A DNA stretch of 64,000 bases from Opitutales bacterium (GTDB lineage Bacteria > Verrucomicrobiota > Verrucomicrobiia > Opitutales > Opitutaceae): positions 1,488 through 65,487 of the forward strand of contig JBBRLB010000011.1 in assembly GCA_038231575.1 (NCBI GenBank), read 5' to 3'. A model generated the notes under the pieces. The model was not told where the DNA came from. It did not search any database and saw nothing but the letters and a program-made list of their open reading frames with translations. Shown piece after piece: positions 18,791 to 27,988 of this stretch. The position numbers and the translations under genes were made by a program. Position 1 is the first letter of the stretch. Each line of letters starts with the position of its first letter.

Positions 18791-19771
18791 TCAGGGTTCC
18801 GCGCCGGCCCCGCCGGATTGCAACTCGGCCGAAAGCAACTGGCCCGCGCCCGTGAGGGCGACCTGATCGTTTTCTTCGAGTCCGCTGACAATCGTGACGC
18901 TCTCGCCGGACGTGCGGCCGAGCGTGACGATCTTGCGCTCGAACGTGTCCTCTTCCCCGAGCACGTAAACCCACGCGCTGCCCTGATGGTAAACGATGGC
19001 CGTGCGCGGCACGACGAGAACTTTCTCGGCTTCGCCGGGGCCGGGCAGCGTCACCCGCAGCGCGGCACCGACCGGCGGCGCATGCTTCGCGACGAACGCG
19101 AGGAAGCTCACGCCTTGCAACTGCGCGTCGGCCATCGGGGCCGTCCCGAGAATTTCGGCCTCGACGTCCTCGGTGCCGCCGAGCGCGCCAATCGAGGCTT
19201 TCTTCAAGCCGGTCGCCGGCACGTCGCCGGGCAGCACGTCGATGCGCACGAGCGCCGCACCCGACTCGAGTTCGGTGATGATGGTCTTGAGTTCACTGCT
19301 ATCCGCGAGCGCGCGGCCCCAGCCGGAAATGAGGCGCGCGCGGGCCGAGGCGACGGCCACCCGATCGCGCGCGGCGGCGGCTTGCGCGATCTCGAGGGTT
19401 TGACTCGAGGCATTGGCGCCGGCCTCGAAAAGTTTCTGGACGCGCGCGGCGTCTTTCTCCGACGCCGCGAGGGCGGCGCGCGCGGTTTCCGCCTCGGCGA
19501 TAAGGGCAATCAGCGGCGACGGATCCAAAACGCGGCCGAAGGCCTTTACTTCGGGCGCGAGCGTTGAGCTCGTGGGTTTCGCCAGGGTGACGCCCGTGGC
19601 AGTGCGCTTCGCGGCGTTGAGGTGAAGGGCATTTTCCTTGGGCTTTTCCGCGGGCGCGGGAGCGGCACTCGCCGTGGTGGGCGCGATCGCCGCGGTGCGA
19701 TGCAGGGCGACCCAGGTTGCGCCCGCACCGACTGCGAGGCCGCCAACGATTCCGAGAATAACTTTTTTCAT
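18791..19771 (-). CDS. czcB: Efflux RND periplasmic adaptor (membrane fusion protein)
   Basis: Signal anchor, coiled-coil hairpin and beta-barrel segments. It sits 3 nt upstream of czcA, and its start overlaps the czcC stop. Confidence 0.8.
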   Translation of the reverse strand: MKKVILGIVGGLAVGAGATWVALHRTAAIAPTTASAAPAPAEKPKENALHLNAAKRTATGVTLAKPTSSTLAPEVKAFGRVLDPSPLIALIAEAETARAALAASEKDAARVQKLFEAGANASSQTLEIAQAAAARDRVAVASARARLISGWGRALADSSELKTIITELESGAALVRIDVLPGDVPATGLKKASIGALGGTEDVEAEILGTAPMADAQLQGVSFLAFVAKHAPPVGAALRVTLPGPGEAEKVLVVPRTAIVYHQGSAWVYVLGEEDTFERKIVTLGRTSGESVTIVSGLEENDQVALTGAGQLLSAELQSGGAGAEP

Positions 19772-21219
19772 GGCGTGCGGGGGAGTGGCGGATGCGCTGC
19801 GTCGGCAAGGGCGGCGAGGTGCGGGAAGGGAATTTGCAGGGCATCCTCGAGCTGTCCGGCGGCGAGCGCGGCGGCCGACTCGGCGTCGGTGATCGCGATC
19901 TCGGCGGCGGCGGCCTCGAGTGCCGCGGTCTGCTGTTCGACTTGATCAGCGGCGCCGAGCGCGAGGCGTTGCTGCACGCGCGCAGTTTGCGTGGCGCTCT
20001 CGTCGCGCAACGTGCGCATCTGCGCGATCTGCGAGGTGGCGGCGGCATGCGCGACGACCGCGGCATCGATCGCGGCGATGGCCTGCGCCTGCGTGAGATT
20101 GAACTGGGCGACCGCCTCGGCGCGGCGCGCCGCCGCCTCACCGATCGGGCCCTCATTGCGGTGGAAAATCGGGAGCTCAAATGTCAGCGCAAGGCTCCAT
20201 TTGTTCGCGCCCTGATCCCATTGGTAGCCGGGGCCGAGGTGAAAATCTGGCTGCTGCTTCGCGTATTCGAGTTCGAGTGCGGCATGGGCGGATTGAACTT
20301 TCGCGAGTGCACCGACCACATCGGCGCGCGTGTGCAACGACTCGCGGCGCGCCGCCGCGAGCATCTCCGGAGAGAGCGCCGGTGCGGTGGGCGCCAAAAA
20401 TTGCTGGTCGTCGAGCGCTGCGAGCGGCACGCCGAGCGCGGCGGCGAGGCGCGCGCGGGCTGCGGCGAATTGGGCAGAGGTATCGGAGAGCGTCGCCCGC
20501 AAGCGCAGCGATGCCATCCGCACCAGTGAAACTTCGGACGCGGAGGCGCGGCCGGCGTCGAAGCGCTGGCTGACCAGCGTCGAAAGCTGGTCCTGCACCG
20601 CGGATTGTTGGTGCACGCCGTGATCGCGCACGGACAACGTGTGCAGTTCGATCAGCGCGCGGCGGAGATCGCTGCGCACCTGCCAGGCCGCTGAGAGCAC
20701 GGCGAGCCGCGCGGCCTCCGTGTCGGCGCGCGCGATGTCCTGCTGATGCGCGCGCTTGTTGCCCTGCAGGAGAAAATCAAAATTGATCGCGGGAAACCAC
20801 GGCGAGAGGCCGGGTTCGCGGGTCGAGTTGTAGCCGGGGACGAGCGAGATCGTGGGATTCGGACGCGCGGCGGCGGTCTGGCGCCTGGCGCGGGCCGTGG
20901 CCCACTGCGCGCGCGCGACGTCGAGCGACGGGTTATAGTAGAATGCCACCCACGACAACGTCTCGAAGTCCCACGCTGCCTGCCCTGAGCCGGTCGAAGC
21001 GGACGGCTCGTGTCCGAGATTCTCGGCGAGGAACCGGCGCAGCGCAGCGTCTTGCAGCGAACGCCCGCTGAAATTCGCCGCCGCGGTTTCCGGCGAAATA
21101 TTGGGTGCGGCCGGCGGATTCGTCGCGCAGGCGGTCAACGCCAGCGCGAGGAGCGACGAAAACGCGAAGCGGCGATTCACGCGGGCGAAAGGGCTTCGTT
21201 TACTTCGTCCCGACCACAA
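19768..21219 (-). CDS. czcC: TolC/NodT-family outer-membrane efflux lipoprotein
   Basis: Lipobox LALALTAC, followed by the two-repeat OMF architecture. An alternative GTG start at 21180 (VNRRFAFSS) would remove the 20-nt overlap with the upstream gene. Confidence 0.8.
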   Translation of the reverse strand: MWSGRSKRSPFARVNRRFAFSSLLALALTACATNPPAAPNISPETAAANFSGRSLQDAALRRFLAENLGHEPSASTGSGQAAWDFETLSWVAFYYNPSLDVARAQWATARARRQTAAARPNPTISLVPGYNSTREPGLSPWFPAINFDFLLQGNKRAHQQDIARADTEAARLAVLSAAWQVRSDLRRALIELHTLSVRDHGVHQQSAVQDQLSTLVSQRFDAGRASASEVSLVRMASLRLRATLSDTSAQFAAARARLAAALGVPLAALDDQQFLAPTAPALSPEMLAAARRESLHTRADVVGALAKVQSAHAALELEYAKQQPDFHLGPGYQWDQGANKWSLALTFELPIFHRNEGPIGEAAARRAEAVAQFNLTQAQAIAAIDAAVVAHAAATSQIAQMRTLRDESATQTARVQQRLALGAADQVEQQTAALEAAAAEIAITDAESAAALAAGQLEDALQIPFPHLAALADAAHPPLPRTP

Positions 21220-22219
21220 TTACTTCGAATGTGTCGGCGAGGATGGGTGCGCGGGGCGGCCGGCCCCCTTTGACCGGAGCGGGCTTCGGGCCGAACTTCG
21301 GAGCGCAGAGATAGATACGGCCGGTGGACGGATCGATGGTGATGGTCTTCGCTCCCAGCATCGTCGGGACGGCGGGCAGCGCGGTGTATTTGTCGGCGCT
21401 GTCCTGTTTGATCACGGACATCGTGCCGTCGGGATTCGAGGTGAAGATGAAGCCGGCCTTCGCGTCATAGACGAGGCCATCGGGATCTTCGCCGGCGGCG
21501 ACGGTTGCGATGACCTTGCCGGTGTCGCTGTCCAGCACGACGACCTTGTTGTTGGCGCAGGCGCTGAAAACGCGATGATGGGCCGCATCGACCGCGAGAC
21601 CGGTGCCGCCTTCGCCGGGCGCGGCGGACCAGAGCGCCTTGGGCTTGAACGTGTGTGTGTCGAAGACGCCCACGCTGCTCTTGTCCTCGACATTGACGAA
21701 GCCTTGGCCGCGGCCGTCGAAGCCGATGCCCTCGAGTTTGCCGCCGACGTCGATCGTCGCGACCACGTCGCCCGAGACCGGATCGATGACGGTGACTTTG
21801 CCGTCGCCGTGGTTACCGGCGTAAATCTTTTTGCTCTCAGGATCGTATTCGATCGAGTCGGGGTTCGAGCCGGTGGACTTGATCGTCTTGAGCTGCGCGA
21901 GCGTTTTCAGATCGAACATGATCATCGCGTCGTCGATACCGCTGCTGGTGAAACCGTGGCCCGTCCCGGGTGCGATGGCCACGCCGTGCGCACGGGCGAC
22001 CGGCCCGATCTCGCCGACTTTTTTGCCGGTCACGAGGTCGAGCACTTCAAATTTTTTCTCGTGCGAAACGTAGAGCCGACGGGCATCGGGATCGACCCGG
22101 AGATAGTCGTAGGTCGAGATATCGCCACCAATCGGGAGGTGGGCGACGACTTTATACTGGGCGTGCGCGGTGAGGGCGGACGCAGCGAGGAGCAGAACGG
22201 AACGAATGAGGTGACGCAT
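21200..22219 (-). CDS. YVTN/YncE-like beta-propeller repeat protein, secreted
   Basis: Signal peptide MRHLIRSVLLLAASALTAHA. Repeated units of about 40 residues (RLYVS, KIYAGNHGDGKVTVID, RVFSACANNKVVVLD, FIFTSNPDGTMSVI). It is the first gene of the czc operon. Confidence 0.8.
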   Translation of the reverse strand: MRHLIRSVLLLAASALTAHAQYKVVAHLPIGGDISTYDYLRVDPDARRLYVSHEKKFEVLDLVTGKKVGEIGPVARAHGVAIAPGTGHGFTSSGIDDAMIMFDLKTLAQLKTIKSTGSNPDSIEYDPESKKIYAGNHGDGKVTVIDPVSGDVVATIDVGGKLEGIGFDGRGQGFVNVEDKSSVGVFDTHTFKPKALWSAAPGEGGTGLAVDAAHHRVFSACANNKVVVLDSDTGKVIATVAAGEDPDGLVYDAKAGFIFTSNPDGTMSVIKQDSADKYTALPAVPTMLGAKTITIDPSTGRIYLCAPKFGPKPAPVKGGRPPRAPILADTFEVIVVGTK

Positions 22220-22336
22220 GGGAGGGAAGGGGGGCGCATGCGAACATGCCGGCGCCCCTCCATGCGAGTGTGAAGCCGGGCTGTAATCAAACTGTAATCA
22301 GGTGCGCCGGCCGGTGAAGCGCGCGGAGCGCCGGGC

Positions 22337-22366
22337 AAAAAAGAGGCCGGTCGAATGACCGGCCTC
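22337..22366 (-). terminator. Intrinsic terminator of typA
   Basis: Perfect 10-bp stem GAGGCCGGTC/GACCGGCCTC with a 4-nt loop, followed on the minus strand by TTTTTTG. It lies 26 nt after the typA stop. Confidence 0.85.
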
Positions 22367-22391
22367 GCAAAAGAGAAAACGCGAACGAGGC

Positions 22392-24221
<1,830 letters not shown>

Positions 24222-24330
24222 TGGCGGACGCGTGCGGGTGTTGGAAAAAGAGGCCCAACTTGCTTCGCGGGGGTCCCGAATGCAAGGCCGAAGGCGCGAG
24301 GTGCACAACTGTCACGGCGGCCTTGGCATT

Positions 24331-24372
24331 GCGAAAAATAAAATGGCCCCAAAACCTTGCGGTTCTGGGGCC
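24331..24372 (-). terminator. Terminator-like hairpin (minus orientation) about 110 nt upstream of the typA start
   Basis: 12-bp stem GGCCCCAAAACC/GGTTCTGGGGCC with one mismatch and loop TTGC, followed on the minus strand by ATTTTATTTTTCGC. Confidence 0.6.
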
Positions 24373-24508
24373 AAATTATGGGGGTGGGCGTGCGTCACTC
24401 GCTCTTTCCCGGCGGCACACGCTTGGACGCGCTCGCTTTCGCGGGCGGTGTGCTTCCCGACGCCACTCTCCGCGGCATGCGGAGGTTTCGGTCTCATGGC
24501 GGGACCGT

Positions 24509-24537
24509 CCTGACCGTTGCCGGTCGGGATTTTTTTG
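24509..24537 (+). terminator. Terminator-like hairpin (plus orientation) inside a gene-free gap
   Basis: CCTGACCG, loop TTGC, CGGTCGGG (one G-U pair), followed by ATTTTTTTG. Confidence 0.55.
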
Positions 24538-25379
24538 AGTGAGGCCTCTGCGCCCGGTTCGGACACTCCCTGCCGGGAGCGGCGCGCCGGACGTGGTGGG
24601 GACACGTCTGCAATACCAATCTTCGCGTCCTCACCCTTGCCACGGGGACGGCACCAGCTTTTGGCCGGCCGTTGGCCCCGCGTTACGGGTCTGACCTCTT
24701 ACCTCTCAGGTTGCTTTCGCTCTTGCAGCGAGGTGACGTGTTTTTGCACGCCGCCTCATTGAGGAGGTTTGACGAACTTTGCCAGGTTCGCTCGCTCCCC
24801 GCCGCCGCGCTGCCTTTACGCGCCCGATCCGAGTGACCGGATTGGGCCTTTTGGCGGGGTAGGCCCGCCAGACAACGCGACTGCGTTCTGGTCTGCGCAG
24901 TAGCAACCGAAACCCTCTGGGTAACTGCGTTGGCGCACGGGTCGAAACGCCCCGTGGGCCTGACTCGGCTCGCATGCGGTTTCTAATCGCCGCTTGCCGC
25001 TCAGTTCACTTCTTCGTGGACTTGCCTGACCGAACACGACTTCGGCCAGAGGAACTGGTGAGATATGCCTGCCATACCGCTAACGCGGTGTGGAGGGGGA
25101 GCCGGCACCAGCTGCCGTCACCCTTTCCCCGGTCGCCCGGGATTATCCCAGTCGTGCTCTCGGCGATTTTTTTCAGACCGCCGCGCTGCGACTGTTCTAT
25201 CAAGGAACGTTTTGGACGGTGCGCACAGAATTTGAAAAATGAAGCCTAGGTTCTTCACATTCGGTGCACCGTCGAAATCGGTGAATAAGTTGGGAGCAAT
25301 CTGGCTCACCGGTTATTCACCGGGCTTGCCACGACGGGAAATGACCGGACGCTCTGCCGCTCGCCAGATTGGAAATAAC

Positions 25380-27926
25380 ATGACTCCGCGCGAACTGCCC
25401 ATCTACGAACTCGAGCCCGCCGTCGTCGCCGCTGTGCGCGGCGCAGGCCGGCTCATCGTGCAGGCGCCGACGGGCTCGGGCAAATCGACGCAGATTCCGC
25501 AAATGCTTTGGCGGCACGGTCTGCTCGGTGAGAAAGGCGAAGTGGTCGTGCTCCAACCGCGCCGGCTCGCCGCGCGCATGCTCGCGAAGCGCGTCGCTGA
25601 AGAAGCCGGCACGAGTCTGGGCGAGGGCGTCGGCTACCAAATCCGCCTCGAGTCGCGCGTGAGCGAGCGCACGCGGATTCGGTTCGTGACCGAGGGAATC
25701 TTGCTCCGCCAAATGTCCTTCGACGCGGCGCTCCGCGGCATCAGCGCGATCATTTTCGATGAGTTTCACGAGCGGCATCTCTACGGCGACATCTCATTGG
25801 CCCGCGCTCTGCAGATTCAGCAAACGATCCGGCCCGACCTGAAGATCATCGTAATGTCGGCAACCCTCGATGCCGGCCTCCTGAAGAACTATCTGGCGCC
25901 GTGCGAAGTGCTCGTCTCGAAAGGCCGCAGCTTTCCGGTGCGACTCGAGTATTTGGAGAAGCGTGTGGATTTCGAGGCGGAGCCGGTATGGGACGTCGCG
26001 GCGCGGGAATGTGAGCGCGTCGCGGCGGCGACGGGCGGAGATTTTTTGGTGTTCATGCCCGGCTCCTACGAAATCAACCGGACCGTGCAGGCCATCCAGA
26101 CGGCGCGCGGGCTGCGCGACTTCGTGACGTTTCCGCTCCACGGCGAACTTCCCCCCGAGCAACAAGACCGCGCTGTCGCGCGCTACGACTCGCGCAAAAT
26201 CATTGTCTCGACTAACGTCGCCGAAACCTCGCTCACGATCGACGGTGTGACCGCCGTGATCGATTGCGGCCTTGCTCGCATCGCCCGTTTCGATCCGCAC
26301 CGCGGGATCAACACGCTGCTCGTCGAGAAAATCTCCGCGGCGAGTGCCGACCAGCGTGCGGGTCGTGCCGGTCGAACGGCGCCAGGTGTGTGTGTGCGAC
26401 TCTGGACCGAGCGCGAGCACGAACAGCGCGCGCCGCAGGAACTGCCCGAGGTGAAGCGGCTCGATTTGTCCGAGGTCGTGCTGACGCTCAAGGCGAGCGG
26501 GATCGACGATGTCGCGAATTTTCCGTGGCTCGAAAAGCCCGACGCCGTCGGTCTCGTCCGCGCGGAAAACCTTCTCGTCGATCTCGGCGCACTCGGGGGC
26601 GAACAGAAATTGATCACCGAAGTCGGCCGCAAAATGCTGCGCTTCCCGGTGCATCCGCGCTACGCCCGCATGTTTCTCGCGGCTGCCGATCGCGGCTGCG
26701 TGCGGCCGGTGGCACTCATGGCGGCGCTCACGCAGGGACGAAACTTCCTGCTGCGCGGGGTGCCGAAGGAGGTCGAGCGCACGCGGGAAGACACGCTCGG
26801 TGAAGAGCACGAGAGCGACTTTTTCTTGCTCATGCGCGCGTGGCGCTATGCCGACAAAGCGAACTACTCCCTCGAGGCGTGCCGCCGGCTTGGCATCCAC
26901 GCCCAGGGTGCGCGGCAAGTCGGGCCGTTGTTCGAGCAGTTCTTGGAAATTGCCGCGAAGGAAGGGCTCGATGTGACGGAGAAACGCACCGACGGCGCCG
27001 AAGTCCGCAAATGCGTGCTCGCCGGTTTCTCCGACCAACTGGCGCGCCGCCTCGACGCCGGGACGCTCCGCTGCGAGGTGGTCCACCATCGGCGCGGCGT
27101 GCTCGCGCGCGAGAGTGGCATCCAGCAGGCGAAGCTCCTCGTCGCCGGTGAAATCAGCGAAATCGGCCGCGGCGACGGCGAGGTCAACACGCTCCTCTCC
27201 ATCGCCACGGCGATCGAGGAGTCGTGGCTGAAGGAATTTTTCCCCGACGATTATCGCGAGACCCGTGGCGTGACCTACGACGAACAGCAGAAGCGCGTCG
27301 TCACGCGTCGCGAGCGTCGTTTCCGCGACCTTGTGCTCGACGCGAAGGTCAGCAGCGACGAAGCGCCGCTCGATGCCGCCGCCGCGTTGCTCACGAAAGA
27401 GGTGATCGCCGGCCGCCTGAAACTCGAGGGCTGGGACGAAGCCGTCGAGCAATGGATCACCCGCGTGAACCGGATGGCGGAGTGGTTTCCGGAACTCGAA
27501 GTAAACCCGATCGCCGAGGCCGATCGCGCGACGCTCATCGAGCAGATCTGCTATGGCGAACTCGGTTACCGCGACATCAAGGACAAGCCGGTCATGCCGA
27601 TCTTGCGCGACTGGCTGACCGCCGAGCAGCTCGCGGTAATCGATGACTATCTCCCGGAGCGTCTCGTGATGGGTAACGGGCGAAAGTCGCGTCTCACGTA
27701 TAACAAGGAAGGCCCGCCTGTGCTGAGTGCGCGCATCCAGGAACTCTACGGCATCGAGGGAAAATTCACGATCGGTCACGGCCGGGTGCTCGTGAAATTC
27801 GAAATCCTCGCGCCCAATCAGCGTCCGATCCAAGTGACGGACGACCTGACGAATTTCTGGCGCGAGCAATATCCGAAAGTAAAAGCGGAGTTGTCCCGCC
27901 GCTACCCGCGACACGAGTGGCGCTAG
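25380..27926 (+). CDS. hrpB: ATP-dependent RNA helicase HrpB (DEAH box)
   Basis: QAPTGSGKSTQIPQ...IIFDEFHERH...SATLD...TNVAETSLTIDG...QRAGRAGR, plus the HrpB C-terminal domain. ATG at 25380. Confidence 0.92.
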   Translation: MTPRELPIYELEPAVVAAVRGAGRLIVQAPTGSGKSTQIPQMLWRHGLLGEKGEVVVLQPRRLAARMLAKRVAEEAGTSLGEGVGYQIRLESRVSERTRIRFVTEGILLRQMSFDAALRGISAIIFDEFHERHLYGDISLARALQIQQTIRPDLKIIVMSATLDAGLLKNYLAPCEVLVSKGRSFPVRLEYLEKRVDFEAEPVWDVAARECERVAAATGGDFLVFMPGSYEINRTVQAIQTARGLRDFVTFPLHGELPPEQQDRAVARYDSRKIIVSTNVAETSLTIDGVTAVIDCGLARIARFDPHRGINTLLVEKISAASADQRAGRAGRTAPGVCVRLWTEREHEQRAPQELPEVKRLDLSEVVLTLKASGIDDVANFPWLEKPDAVGLVRAENLLVDLGALGGEQKLITEVGRKMLRFPVHPRYARMFLAAADRGCVRPVALMAALTQGRNFLLRGVPKEVERTREDTLGEEHESDFFLLMRAWRYADKANYSLEACRRLGIHAQGARQVGPLFEQFLEIAAKEGLDVTEKRTDGAEVRKCVLAGFSDQLARRLDAGTLRCEVVHHRRGVLARESGIQQAKLLVAGEISEIGRGDGEVNTLLSIATAIEESWLKEFFPDDYRETRGVTYDEQQKRVVTRRERRFRDLVLDAKVSSDEAPLDAAAALLTKEVIAGRLKLEGWDEAVEQWITRVNRMAEWFPELEVNPIAEADRATLIEQICYGELGYRDIKDKPVMPILRDWLTAEQLAVIDDYLPERLVMGNGRKSRLTYNKEGPPVLSARIQELYGIEGKFTIGHGRVLVKFEILAPNQRPIQVTDDLTNFWREQYPKVKAELSRRYPRHEWR

Positions 27927-27988
27927 TGAAAGTCGTCAGCGACCGAGCCACCGCGATGACGTGGGTGGTCCCGGTCCGCTTCCACGCC

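Noticed and set aside
24378-24542. A 54-codon plus-strand ORF ([13 protein letters not shown]...TVAGRDFFE) ends inside the 24509 terminator hairpin.
   Set aside because: No family resemblance, only moderate third-position GC, and no ribosome-binding signal. It cannot be told apart from chance in GC-rich DNA.
24693-24713. CTGAGAGG on the minus strand is reminiscent of the TPP riboswitch CUGAGA box.
   Set aside because: No ACCTGATC/pyrimidine-sensor helix partner and no thiamine gene downstream.
24376-25200. I considered tmRNA, RNase P RNA, SRP RNA and 6S RNA for the typA-hrpB gap.
   Set aside because: No GAGGAAAGTCC (P4) or ACAGAACCCGGCTTA-type element. No GGTTCGAATCC T-arm before the only CCACCA (minus strand near 24595). 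No GGAA-capped GGAAGCAGCC SRP helix. No terminal 5'/3' pairing typical of 6S. The GAAACCGCATGCGAGCCGAG resemblance to tmRNA is in the wrong order relative to the TTCGAC element. I left it as an unassigned gap.
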